A stretch of 64,000 bases of DNA, taken from the NCBI GenBank assembly GCA_041662665.1, contig JBAZSC010000001.1, forward strand, positions 513,511-577,510, read 5' to 3'. Both the position numbers and the translations under genes were made by a program. The stretch is from Patescibacteria group bacterium (GTDB lineage: Bacteria > Patescibacteriota > JABMPQ01 > JAQVVF01). Every line of letters starts with the position of its first letter. Position 1 is the first letter of the stretch. The notes below the pieces were generated by a model. The model had not been told where the DNA came from. It made no database searches and worked only from the letters and a program-made list of their open reading frames with translations. Below, one piece after another: positions 1 to 8,277 of the stretch.

Positions 1-265
1 CTTTTACTTCATTTTCTTTTACTATTTTTCGTAATGTAAAAAAGTAATCAACAGAGCTCAAGCCAAACATTCTAAGAGAGCTATTATAGCTTTTTCGGAT
101 AATTTTAAAGCCTTGTTTTTTATCAAAATCGGACGCATTAGAATTAATTGGTGCCCAAACTACGACCTTATCAGAAGGCAATCTTTTGCAAATGTTATAA
201 AGATAATTTTGAATTCCACCTCTTTCTGGAGGAAAGAAATAGGTGAGAAATAATGATTTTTTCAT
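1..265 (-). CDS. Glycosyltransferase family 4 (PimB-like), partial, runs off the window start
   Basis: Manual translation from ATG at 265 gives MKKSLFLTYFFPPERGGIQNYLYNICKRLP..., containing the GT4 N-terminal FPPxxGGI motif; not in the ORF track because it is truncated. Confidence 0.8.
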   Translation of the reverse strand, partial: MKKSLFLTYFFPPERGGIQNYLYNICKRLPSDKVVVWAPINSNASDFDKKQGFKIIRKSYNSSLRMFGLSSVDYFFTLRKIVKENEVK

Positions 266-273
266 GAAATTTA

Positions 274-340
274 TGAATTGAATATTGAATATTTAATATT
301 GGCGTCGAGAGTCGGATAATATTCAATATTTAATATTCAG
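274..340. repeat. Heptamer (AATATTG/AATATTT) tandem-repeat hairpin
   Basis: TGAATATTGAATATTTAATATT ... AATATTCAATATTTAATATTCA inverted arms just upstream of the minus-strand GT4 start. Confidence 0.75.
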
Positions 341-423
341 TAACTTTATTCTACCAAATAATCAAAAATCACACAAATATTGCTATTATATTGGCTTAAA
401 CAAGGGAAAGTGATAAAATCCCA

Positions 424-452
424 TTGACAAGATTTTTAGATTGTGCTAATCT
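424..452 (+). promoter_or_regulatory. sigma70 promoter of GC-rich cassette 1
   Basis: TTGACA(424-429)-17 bp-TAATCT(447-452) with extended -10 TG. Confidence 0.7.
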
Positions 453-530
453 ACTAAGTTACAATCCTCAGGTTCTGGAGAGAAAGGCAAGAACACTCAC
501 AACGAGAGAGAAAACGAGGAGGCAAGGGAA

Positions 531-1598
531 ATGAAGCGCACCAACAACATGCTCAAGATCGTGGCGGCGGGTTTCGTGATGTTCATGATGATGTTCAACT
601 TCAACCCCTTCTACAACTACTTCTACGACGAGGACGAGGGTGTCGCGTACGCGCAGGGCGAGCAGAGCGAGAAGGTGGAGTGGAAGATGTTGGACGCTGG
701 GTTCCAGGGTCAGAACGTGGCCTGGAAGAGCGAGTGGTCCTCCATGGTCATGGATGCGAAGTCGATGGTTGATATGAATCCGCTGAGTTGTGTAGAGGTG
801 AAGGGTTTCGAGGACGTGATTGGCTACGGCCAGTCCAAGCAGGAGCGCCTGGAGATCCGGGTCGCGGGTGGCGAAGAGCCCCTGCGGCAGGATCGGGCGC
901 GCAAGCGGATGATCTACGTGATGAGCAAGATTCGTGAGACTGGGCTGGAAGGTGCACAGGTCAAGGAAGGAATCCCCGTCATCAACGCCCCCAAGGGGCA
1001 GCGTGGCGCGGTGATCACCCTGATCAAGGATTGCATTCCCAAGCCGCCTGTTGCCTGCTGGGATACGAACCAGAACAGCCAGTGTGACTACGAGGAAGAC
1101 GTCAACAAGGACAACAAGTGTGATGTCATCGACTGCAGGGGCGACGATGGATCGAACGGTCGGAACGGCAAGATGGACATCGACTACGACTTCATCGGCC
1201 AGTACATGGTGAGCTTCGAGCGACCTGACTTCTACGGCTTCGAGCTTCGCGTCAACTTCCCGGTCAGCGACATGCTGATGCTGGGACTGGGCGCGGAAGC
1301 AGGGAAGTCGGACGGTGTGGCGGCGGCGGGATTCGAGCTGGCTGGAGAGTACGATCTGAACCGCTACTTCAAGCCTCGTCTCTCCCTGGTCGGTCGGGCG
1401 TTCGAGCTCGACAATCATCTCTACTTCGGTAGGGGTGAGATCGGCGGAGGGCTGGGGTTCGTCGGCGAATTCGCGGAGTTCGACCACCTCTCCCTGATCT
1501 ACGAGCTCCGAGGAGAATGGAAGGGAGAACTGGCGACGGGCAGGCGGGAATGGAAGGACGTGAAGTCCGGGGTCTTCGACCTCGGCCTCCGGTTCTAG
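531..1598 (+). CDS. Exported protein with Cys/Asp Ca-binding-like motif and putative C-terminal beta-barrel (GC-rich, foreign-looking)
   Basis: GAGGAGG SD; hydrophobic N-terminus; CWDTNQNSQCDYEEDVNKDNKCDVIDCRG motif; alternating-residue beta strands ending FDLGLRF; strong GC3 bias. Confidence 0.75.
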   Translation: MKRTNNMLKIVAAGFVMFMMMFNFNPFYNYFYDEDEGVAYAQGEQSEKVEWKMLDAGFQGQNVAWKSEWSSMVMDAKSMVDMNPLSCVEVKGFEDVIGYGQSKQERLEIRVAGGEEPLRQDRARKRMIYVMSKIRETGLEGAQVKEGIPVINAPKGQRGAVITLIKDCIPKPPVACWDTNQNSQCDYEEDVNKDNKCDVIDCRGDDGSNGRNGKMDIDYDFIGQYMVSFERPDFYGFELRVNFPVSDMLMLGLGAEAGKSDGVAAAGFELAGEYDLNRYFKPRLSLVGRAFELDNHLYFGRGEIGGGLGFVGEFAEFDHLSLIYELRGEWKGELATGRREWKDVKSGVFDLGLRF

Positions 1599-1609
1599 TT
1601 CGAGAAGCT

Positions 1610-1656
1610 CCGGGCGCCCGACAAGACAACCGGCTGACAAGAAGTCGGGCGCCCGG
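1610..1656. repeat. Intercistronic 13-bp perfect inverted repeat (RNA stem-loop)
   Basis: CCGGGCGCCCGAC (1610-1622) pairs with GTCGGGCGCCCGG (1644-1656). Confidence 0.75.
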
Positions 1657-1692
1657 TTCCGGTGGCAAGAACGGTTCGAGAGGAGGTGTGCG

Positions 1693-2331
1693 ATGAACGC
1701 GTTCGCGAAGTTCCTGTTCTGCCTGCTGATCGGTCTGTGCCTGTCCATCAACTGGAGCTGCGCGCTCCGCGAGGACGCCCAGCCGCCGGAAGACGGTGGC
1801 GAGGGCGAGGGAGAAGGCGAGGGCGAGGGTGAGGGCGAAGGTGAAGGGGAAGGTGAGGGTGAAGGCGAAGGAGAAGGCTGCGAGGGCGAAGGTGAGGGCG
1901 AGGGCGTGGAGTGCCAGGACGGTGAGCTCCGCCCGTGCAACTGCGACAGCGGCGACGTCGGCTACCAGACCTGCAAGGGAAGCTGGGGCGAGTGCGTCTG
2001 CGACTGTGGCGGCGACTGCGAAGGTGAGGGCGAGGGCGGCGAGGGGGAGGGTGAAGGTGAGAGCTGCTCGGTGTGGATCCAGGATGGGATGCTGTGTGGT
2101 GACATCGCTGGTCTGACTTCGTGGACGTTCGGCTGCATGCCTCCGGGTGTGGAGTCGGTCTGCGAGCTGAAGACCTTCGGTGGAACCTGCACGATGATCC
2201 CGACTGGTGTCGACTCCGCGTGGCCCCGTTCGATCAACGGTGTCTGGCTGACAGTCGTGGGCTGCATGGCTCGCGACGGTCTCCAGATCACCAGCGATCC
2301 GAGCGGCGGCCACTACCTGACCCTGCCGTAA
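1693..2331 (+). CDS. Secreted/lipoprotein with (GE)n repeats and Cys-rich modules
   Basis: AGGAGG SD; signal peptide ending INWSC; GEGEGE tracts; CQDGELRPCNC...GYQTC...WGEC module. Confidence 0.8.
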   Translation: MNAFAKFLFCLLIGLCLSINWSCALREDAQPPEDGGEGEGEGEGEGEGEGEGEGEGEGEGEGCEGEGEGEGVECQDGELRPCNCDSGDVGYQTCKGSWGECVCDCGGDCEGEGEGGEGEGEGESCSVWIQDGMLCGDIAGLTSWTFGCMPPGVESVCELKTFGGTCTMIPTGVDSAWPRSINGVWLTVVGCMARDGLQITSDPSGGHYLTLP

Positions 2332-2421
2332 GATCTTCAATCCCGCCCGACAAACGCAAGTGCGTCGGGTGCGGCCTCTCTCAACACAACAACAAGCAAT
2401 TCCTGTACATTCTGTTCCTTT

Positions 2422-2450
2422 AAGAGTTCACTTCAGTGAGCTCTTTTTTT
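2422..2450 (+). terminator. Intrinsic terminator of cassette 1
   Basis: AAGAGTTCAC-TTCA-GTGAGCTCTT followed by a T run. Confidence 0.8.
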
Positions 2451-2481
2451 ATCCGCCGAAGCCTGAAAGGCGAAGGCGGAT
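2451..2481. repeat. CCGCCG(A/T)AGCC...GGCGAAGGCGG palindromic element, copy 1
   Basis: ATCCGCCGAAGCCTGAAAGGCGAAGGCGGAT; related copies at 8241, 20532 and 21569. Confidence 0.8.
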
Positions 2482-2494
2482 TTTGTTCAAATTT

Positions 2495-2649
2495 TAGAAA
2501 CTCGGTTTTATGGGTAAAGAAAAATTAACGTATTTCTGGGATAGTTAATTTAAGTTAAGTAAAATGTTGCTTTGCACAAAAACCGAGTTTCGTAACGTCG
2601 TAATCAACACGCGAAACTCGGTTTTTTCGAAAACCGAGTTTCAAATCAG
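2495..2649 (+). repeat. 155-bp inverted repeat, left copy (four GAAACTCGGTTTT motifs)
   Basis: Ungapped reverse complement of 3079-3233 with about 19 mismatches by manual alignment. Confidence 0.9.
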
Positions 2650-2760
2650 CTGTGATTTTACGTATTTATAAAATCACATAGAATTGCCCCAAAAGGCATA
2701 TTTTACTATAAAAGCAATATCATACCAGCTCTATATCAATCTCACGCTAGGCCAAAAACC

Positions 2761-2788
2761 TTGACAAATTTAGCCATTGTAGTATACT
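2761..2788 (+). promoter_or_regulatory. sigma70 promoter for the tRNA pair
   Basis: TTGACA-16 bp-TATACT upstream of tRNA-Lys. Confidence 0.7.
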
Positions 2789-2825
2789 TATAAGTTAAAA
2801 ATCCAGCCACCTGTACTTTCGGTAA

Positions 2826-2901
2826 GCGCCCATAGCTCAGCTGGTAGAGCTGCGGACTTTTAATCCGTCGGTCGAGGGTTCGAATCCCTCTGGGCGTACC
2901 A
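2826..2901 (+). tRNA. trnK: tRNA-Lys (anticodon TTT)
   Basis: Acceptor stem GCGCCCA/TGGGCGT, D-arm AGCTCAGCTGGTAGAGC, anticodon loop CTTTTAA, GGTTCGAATCC T-arm, encoded CCA; 76 nt. Confidence 0.97.
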
Positions 2902-2918
2902 CGTCAGTCGTTCCTTCA

Positions 2919-3007
2919 GCCCGGATGGCGAAAAGGCAGCCGCGCTGGGCTTAAAACCCGGTGGTCCTGAACCAACCGTGCGGGTTCGAATCCCGCTCCG
3001 GGCACCA
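2919..3007 (+). tRNA. trnL: tRNA-Leu (anticodon TAA)
   Basis: Acceptor stem GCCCGGA/TCCGGGC, anticodon loop CTTAAAA, long variable arm, GGTTCGAATCC, encoded CCA; 89 nt. Confidence 0.93.
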
Positions 3008-3009
3008 TC

Positions 3010-3036
3010 AACAGCATCTAATCGTGCTGTTTTTTT
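3010..3036 (+). terminator. Terminator after the tRNA pair
   Basis: AACAGCA-loop-TGCTGTT followed by a T run. Confidence 0.7.
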
Positions 3037-3078
3037 CTTGTCCAAATTTTTTGTTCAGTTGCTAATCGAATATCAATA

Positions 3079-3233
3079 CTGATTTGAAACTCGGTTTTCG
3101 AAAAAACCGAGTTTCGCGTGTTGACTGTAACACTACGAAACTCGGTTTTTGTGCAAAGCAATATTTTATTTTATCTAAATAAACTATTTAAAAAATACAC
3201 TAATCTTTCTTTACCCATAAAACCGAGTTTCTA
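3079..3233 (-). repeat. 155-bp inverted repeat, right copy
   Basis: Reverse complement of 2495-2649. Confidence 0.9.
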
Positions 3234-3241
3234 TTCGAGCG

Positions 3242-3275
3242 ATTTGTGGCCTTAAGGCATTCGTGAGATTAGTAA
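3242..3275 (+). repeat. 34-bp inverted repeat, left flank of cassette 2
   Basis: ATTTGTGGCCTTAAGGCATTCGTGAGATTAGTAA matches the reverse complement of 4694-4727 at 30/34 positions. Confidence 0.85.
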
Positions 3276-3287
3276 TGTAAAAAGAGT

Positions 3288-3316
3288 TTGACATAAATAC
3301 AAAATAGTAGTATTCT
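3288..3316 (+). promoter_or_regulatory. sigma70 promoter of cassette 2
   Basis: TTGACA-17 bp-TATTCT. Confidence 0.7.
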
Positions 3317-3409
3317 CTAATATCCTGTTTAAAGCAAGCAACTTTTATTTATCAATGGAAAAAACTTCGAAGACAGAAACCAGGAGAGCAAAAAGGGAGG
3401 AAAAAGGGA

Positions 3410-4663
3410 ATGAGCAAGTTCAGACGTGCTTTTATTATTGCAGGCATTCTTTTGTTTTCGCAAACAACATATGCTGCAAATACTTGTCCAAATTCTCAAG
3501 TTTCAGCTTGGACTGAAAAAGGATCAGTTTGTGTTACCGCAAATTTGACTGGATCCGTTCAGATTTTTGCGCCAGAGAATTTCTTGATCTATATCAACAA
3601 AGTCAAGGTTTCTGGAATTCAGTACAATCGTGGAAAAGCATATTTCAAGGTTTATTTGATGCCAGGCAAATACGATATTTATGTTGGCACCAACTCAAAC
3701 AATTACAGGCACGAGACAATTCAGATTCATGCCTCAAAGACTGAATCAGTAACTTTCGCATCGCCAAAGTTGATGTACAATGCTCCGAATGTTTCATATC
3801 CAGAAATCAATCCAGAGAAGATTGTGCAGAAATGGGATTTGGTTGATGCTGCTTTGAAGGGAATGGATTGTGTTTATAAGGAATCATGGAAAAAAACTCT
3901 GCAAGAGGCAGCAATTGCTTTGTCAAAGGAAGAGCCAACATCCTGTTTGGATATTGCTGGAATCGATGATGTCAACGATTTTGTCGACTTGGCAACGCCA
4001 GAAGTCAGAGCAGCAGGTAGTCAAGATGCATTTCATACCATCAGAGCGCAAGGTAGAGCAAGCTTGATCATGTATCGTTTTGAAATGGATTTCAATGTTC
4101 CGCCAAAGCGTTTGCGCGAAGGCAAGATTGTGATTAGAGGTGAAAAGGGAATTCGAGGAGTCAGGATTACGCTCGTCAAAGGATGTTTGTCTCAAGCTGT
4201 CAATTCAAATCCTGTTGTAAATGTTCCTGATTCAGTAATGGATGTTTGGAGAGCAGGAGATGATGTTGCTAGGAAAAGGAAGCATTGGGAAGCAATCTAT
4301 GGCGCAAGACTTGTTTTTGGCGCTGGATATAGCACTTACCTTGATAATGTCTTGCAGACTCATCAGATTGAATTCCCAACTGACTTTAATTCAATTCTAG
4401 TAATTCCAGGAATGCGTCTTGGAACATCAGACTATGACAATTTCTATCCTTCTGCGATGTTTTCACTTGGCTATGACCTTGTATATCTCAAGCCAAGGAT
4501 TGGTGGAATTGTTACTGGTCATATCTCAGAAAGAGAAATTGAACGAAGCCTGTTTGCTGGAATTGTGTTTCCTCTGCCTGTCGAAAATTTGACCTTGGGT
4601 TCGCAATATGAGTATGGCAATTTTGGCCAAAACGGTTTTCTTTCCATTGGATTCGATCTTTAA
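3410..4663 (+). CDS. Exported protein with PEGA-like N-terminal domain and beta-barrel-like C-terminus
   Basis: GGGAGG SD; Sec signal peptide (..TTYA/AN); VQIFAPENFLIYIN...LMPGKYDIYV PEGA-like segment; ends GFLSIGFDL. Confidence 0.7.
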   Translation: MSKFRRAFIIAGILLFSQTTYAANTCPNSQVSAWTEKGSVCVTANLTGSVQIFAPENFLIYINKVKVSGIQYNRGKAYFKVYLMPGKYDIYVGTNSNNYRHETIQIHASKTESVTFASPKLMYNAPNVSYPEINPEKIVQKWDLVDAALKGMDCVYKESWKKTLQEAAIALSKEEPTSCLDIAGIDDVNDFVDLATPEVRAAGSQDAFHTIRAQGRASLIMYRFEMDFNVPPKRLREGKIVIRGEKGIRGVRITLVKGCLSQAVNSNPVVNVPDSVMDVWRAGDDVARKRKHWEAIYGARLVFGAGYSTYLDNVLQTHQIEFPTDFNSILVIPGMRLGTSDYDNFYPSAMFSLGYDLVYLKPRIGGIVTGHISEREIERSLFAGIVFPLPVENLTLGSQYEYGNFGQNGFLSIGFDL

Positions 4664-4664
4664 T

Positions 4665-4689
4665 AGCTCACATTAGTTGAGCTTTTTTT
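4665..4689 (+). terminator. Intrinsic terminator of cassette 2
   Basis: AGCTCA-loop-TGAGCT followed by a T run. Confidence 0.75.
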
Positions 4690-4693
4690 ATGC

Positions 4694-4727
4694 TTACAAA
4701 TCTCACAAATGCCTTCTGGCCACAAAT
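4694..4727 (-). repeat. 34-bp inverted repeat, right flank of cassette 2
   Basis: Reverse complement of 3242-3275 (30/34). Confidence 0.85.
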
Positions 4728-4832
4728 TAACACCAATAATTTAGAGAAACTTTTTTTTATTCAAAAAATATGTTACACTAAAAAAAAGTCAATTTCTTAA
4801 TTTCCGAATTTCTTAATTTCTAAAATTATTAA

Positions 4833-6281
4833 ATGGAAACCATTAAAAACCAAATAAAAAATCTATCAAAACCGGCAATCTATACAGCATTATGTTTTCT
4901 TTATGTCAGTATTTTTATTTTGCCAACATTTTTTATTCCTTTTAATATTTTTCTATACCTTTTCGGCATTGGTTTTGCTTCATTATTTATCCTCAAAATT
5001 CCAGAAGTTGGCTTATATACCATAATATTATGCACAATGGTTTACGAAAGATTTTTTACTTTGCAGCCAATTGTTTTTGATATTAATATCTACAAAATTT
5101 ATCCAATTGATGCAATATTATTAGTTACTTTTATCAGTTTTTTAATTCATCATTTTGGCAATCTAAAAAGCAAAGAAATAAAATATACCAGATTAGAAAT
5201 TGCCACTTTTATTTTCTTTTTAACATTAGTCGTTGCAGTAGTTTACAGTATTATCAAAAATCCAGACAAAGAATTGGCAATTGCAACATTCAAGAATTAT
5301 AGCTATTTATTAATTTTATTTTTAACGATTTTTATAATAAGGACAAAGATTCAGTTCAAGAGAATTATAAATGTCATTTTAGCTGGTGGCATTATATTAA
5401 TTGGCTTTATTATTTATGGACTTGCCTCAGGAAATGGGCTTTGGAGTGAATTTACTCCAGGAACAAGATATTTAGCGCAGACACACACGTATTATCTATT
5501 ATTGCCAGTTTTTATTGCAATTGTTTTTCTAACATATGGCAAGGAAATTTATGGGCATATCAGAACTCAAGCTATAATTTTAATTCAATCAACAGGCATT
5601 ATCGCAGGTTTGCACCGACATTTATGGCTTGGATTTGGAGCTGGACTTGCTACAATTTTATTACTATCAGACAAAGAAAAAAGAAAAATCGCTCTAAAAA
5701 ATATTTTAAGCGTTCTTCTTGCAGGTTTGATAATTTTTTCTTTAGTAATTTGGATTGCTGCTTTATCAAATGCCAATCTTAATATTAAGGCTTCATCTTA
5801 TGTCCAAAGATTTACAGAAAGAGTTCAATCATTGTTTACCTTAAAATCAAGTAATATTGAAGATGCTGCTGGTTGGAGATTAAAAGCATGGCAAGAAGGC
5901 TTAATTTTGTATGCCAAAAATCCAGTTCTGGGCATCGGTTTTGGAAAGATGATCAATGTCGAATTCAAAGGTTTCGTTTCTACAGTTGAAATGAGAGCTT
6001 TGCATAATGAGCCATTAGGACTATTGATTCAAGCTGGTTTATTAGCTCTTATTCCATTTATAATAATAAATATTTATTTAATAAAATATTTTATTAAGCT
6101 TTACAAGACAAAAATAGAAGAACAGCCAGAATTAATTGCCTTATTTGCTTTTTATATCGCTACAATGGTCAGCATGTTTTTTTCCTTGTATTTAGTTACG
6201 AATATGCTTAATATATTCTATTGGATTGCAATGGGATTAATTGTCAGTTTGTATAAGATGTACAAGCCTGAGATTAAATAA
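4833..6281 (+). CDS. O-antigen ligase / Wzy-family membrane protein
   Basis: About 12 TM segments; Wzy_C-type RLKAW...NPVLGIGFG...HNEPLGLLIQAG motif. Confidence 0.85.
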   Translation: METIKNQIKNLSKPAIYTALCFLYVSIFILPTFFIPFNIFLYLFGIGFASLFILKIPEVGLYTIILCTMVYERFFTLQPIVFDINIYKIYPIDAILLVTFISFLIHHFGNLKSKEIKYTRLEIATFIFFLTLVVAVVYSIIKNPDKELAIATFKNYSYLLILFLTIFIIRTKIQFKRIINVILAGGIILIGFIIYGLASGNGLWSEFTPGTRYLAQTHTYYLLLPVFIAIVFLTYGKEIYGHIRTQAIILIQSTGIIAGLHRHLWLGFGAGLATILLLSDKEKRKIALKNILSVLLAGLIIFSLVIWIAALSNANLNIKASSYVQRFTERVQSLFTLKSSNIEDAAGWRLKAWQEGLILYAKNPVLGIGFGKMINVEFKGFVSTVEMRALHNEPLGLLIQAGLLALIPFIIINIYLIKYFIKLYKTKIEEQPELIALFAFYIATMVSMFFSLYLVTNMLNIFYWIAMGLIVSLYKMYKPEIK

Positions 6282-6398
6282 TTATCAATTTTACAATTTA
6301 CAATAAATTACCAATTTACAATTTTCAAATTATGGTTTTCTGCTTGAAAATTGGTTATTGAAAATTTATTGTAAATTGATAATTGGAAATTGAAAATT
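6281..6398. repeat. Heptamer (CAATTTT/CAATTTA) tandem-repeat hairpin
   Basis: Left arm of CAATTxx repeats and right arm of xxAATTG repeats; paralogue at 14103-14221. Confidence 0.8.
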
Positions 6399-6400
6399 TT

Positions 6401-7624
6401 ATGAGAATAGTTCAAGCCAACAAATTTTATTATCTAAAAGGCGGTGCAGAGCGCTATTATTTTAATTTGATAAAATTGCTTGAATCAAAGGGTCATGAGA
6501 TTATTCCTTTTTCAATGCAGGATGAAAAGAATGAACCAAGCGAATATTCTAAATATTTTGTTAGCAATGTTGATTTTGATAAAAAAGGGCAGAGTTTTAA
6601 AAAGGCAAGAAGAGTATTATATTCACTTGAAGCCAAAAAGAAGTTTGAACAACTAATTTGTTCAACCAAGCCAGATCTAATTCATATTCATAATATTTAT
6701 CACCAGATCTCACCATCAATTCTTACAATTGCTAAAAAATATAAAATTCCAGTTGTTGAAACTTTGCATGATTTTAAGCTTATCTGCCCTAATTATACTT
6801 TGTATTCAAAAAACGAACTTTGTGAACAATGCAAAAAATATCGCTATTACAAATGCGCATTAAGAAAATGTATTAAGAATAAATTCTGGCAAAGTTTGTT
6901 AGCATCTAAAGAAATGTATTTTCATAAGTTCATCAGAATCTATGAAAACAATGTTAATCAATTTTTAGCGCCAAGCAAATTTGTTTACGATAAAATTTTG
7001 AAATTTGGCATTATAAAACCAGATCAAATTACAATTTTACCTGAATTTATTTTTGATTCGACTGGTGAAGGAGTCCTCTCCTTCGCCAAATCGTCGCAAT
7101 CATATATTTTATATTTTGGTAGGCTTATCAAAGAAAAGGGAATCAAGACTTTAATCAACGCAATGAAACAAGTTAAAGGCTTAGAATTACATCTTGCAGG
7201 AACAGGACCAGATGAACAGGAATTTAAAGATTTAGTAAAAAAAGAAAACTTAAATAATATTAAATTTTTTGGCTTTTTAGATCAAGAAAAATTACAGCAA
7301 GAAATAAGCAATTCATTATTCGTTATTCATCCTTCCGAAGTCTATGAAACTTTTGGCTTATCGATTTTAGAAAATTATGTTTTAAATAAACCTGTCATCG
7401 CATCTAATTTAGGCGCTTTGCCAGAGATAGTAAAAGACAAACAAACTGGTCTTCTGTTCAAAGCAGGCGATAGCCAGGATCTTGCAGATAAAATAAATTA
7501 TTTAGCTAATAACCAAGATTTAGCTAAGCAAATGGGAGATAACGCCAAAATTTTAACCGAACAAAAATATAGTTCAGATGACCATTATCAAAAGATAATC
7601 AAGATCTATGAAGGATTATTATAA
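6401..7624 (+). CDS. Glycosyltransferase family 4
   Basis: MRIVQANKFYYLKGGAERY N-terminus; PSEVYETFGLSILE motif; start moved from TTG 6383 to ATG 6401. Confidence 0.92.
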   Translation: MRIVQANKFYYLKGGAERYYFNLIKLLESKGHEIIPFSMQDEKNEPSEYSKYFVSNVDFDKKGQSFKKARRVLYSLEAKKKFEQLICSTKPDLIHIHNIYHQISPSILTIAKKYKIPVVETLHDFKLICPNYTLYSKNELCEQCKKYRYYKCALRKCIKNKFWQSLLASKEMYFHKFIRIYENNVNQFLAPSKFVYDKILKFGIIKPDQITILPEFIFDSTGEGVLSFAKSSQSYILYFGRLIKEKGIKTLINAMKQVKGLELHLAGTGPDEQEFKDLVKKENLNNIKFFGFLDQEKLQQEISNSLFVIHPSEVYETFGLSILENYVLNKPVIASNLGALPEIVKDKQTGLLFKAGDSQDLADKINYLANNQDLAKQMGDNAKILTEQKYSSDDHYQKIIKIYEGLL

Positions 7625-7642
7625 ATTTTACTAATTCTTACA

Positions 7643-7670
7643 GTAGGCGAGAAAACGTTTTCTCGCCTTC
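7643..7670. repeat. GTAG-type REP-like palindrome
   Basis: GT-AGGCGAGAAAACGTTTTCTCGCCT-TC; 24-bp perfect palindrome. Confidence 0.7.
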
Positions 7671-7688
7671 GTGTTAATTTAGGCAAAG

Positions 7689-7712
7689 AAAAAATCAGCT
7701 CAAGGCTGATTA
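7689..7712 (-). terminator. Terminator of the minus-strand hypothetical gene
   Basis: AATCAGC-loop-GCTGATT with an adjacent A run (T run on the minus strand). Confidence 0.65.
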
Positions 7713-7729
7713 TTTTTAGTGTACAATTA

Positions 7730-8227
7730 TTAGCGTAATCTCAACTGTATCAAGTTTCTGCAAGGTTCATCCGCAATTGAAAAAAGTGCGACAGGACCGT
7801 TACTATTATAGAAAATCATTCCTTCTTTGCTCAGAGATGTTATTTCTACGAGCTTATAATCTTGCTTGAAGGATTCAAGACTAGCAGTAGAATCTAAGCC
7901 CTTAGCTAGACATTCCCAAGCAGTAACTTCACAAAAAGCTAAAATTCCATAGATATAATGTCGAGGCATTTCAAACACTTCTCCAGGTTTTGGCATGTCA
8001 GTTCCAGTACTTTTTCTAAACCAATAGATATGAAGTTCTTTCTGGCCAAGGCAGATAAATTCGCACTGCATTGACTCAAAGATTCTACCTGCGTAGATTC
8101 CCTTTGATGCAACTTTAAAAGACAAAGGATACAGATTATAGACATATGCATCAAGTAAGTGTTTTTCTTCGCCATGTTCAGAAATTCGAATAATGACACC
8201 CTGACCAACTTGCCATTCATTTTTCAT
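7730..8227 (-). CDS. Hypothetical protein (SD-led cassette gene, no signal peptide)
   Basis: GGAGG 5 nt before ATG at 8227 (MKNEWQ...); own promoter TTGCAA-17-TAATAT at about 8330-8302; terminator downstream. Confidence 0.65.
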   Translation of the reverse strand: MKNEWQVGQGVIIRISEHGEEKHLLDAYVYNLYPLSFKVASKGIYAGRIFESMQCEFICLGQKELHIYWFRKSTGTDMPKPGEVFEMPRHYIYGILAFCEVTAWECLAKGLDSTASLESFKQDYKLVEITSLSKEGMIFYNSNGPVALFSIADEPCRNLIQLRLR

Positions 8228-8240
8228 TTGTCCCTCCATT

Positions 8241-8277
8241 GTCCGCCGTAGCCATTTGAATTGTGGCGAAGGCGGGC
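8241..8277. repeat. CCGCCG...GGCGAAGGCGG palindromic element, copy 2
   Basis: GTCCGCCGTAGCCA-TTTGAATTG-TGGCGAAGGCGGGC. Confidence 0.75.

Noticed and set aside
468-2423. Long antisense and alternate-frame ORFs (468-1940-, 1369-2340-, 1796-2116+, 1962-2291-, 2121-2423+)
   Set aside because: Shadow ORFs of GC-rich sense genes; the PSPSPS and ARAR tracts mirror the GE repeat; the SD, promoter and terminator all support 531-1598 and 1693-2331
2826-3007. tRNA as attB site of an integrative element explaining the GC-rich island
   Set aside because: I found no duplicated tRNA 3' end and no integrase in the window
2860-3045. 61-aa minus-strand ORF
   Set aside because: It is the antisense of the two tRNA genes
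2495-3233. Possible CRISPR array from recurring GAAACTCGGTTTT / GTTTC ends
   Set aside because: The motifs are only 13 bp and alternate in orientation, the spacers are duplicated rather than unique, and no cas genes are present
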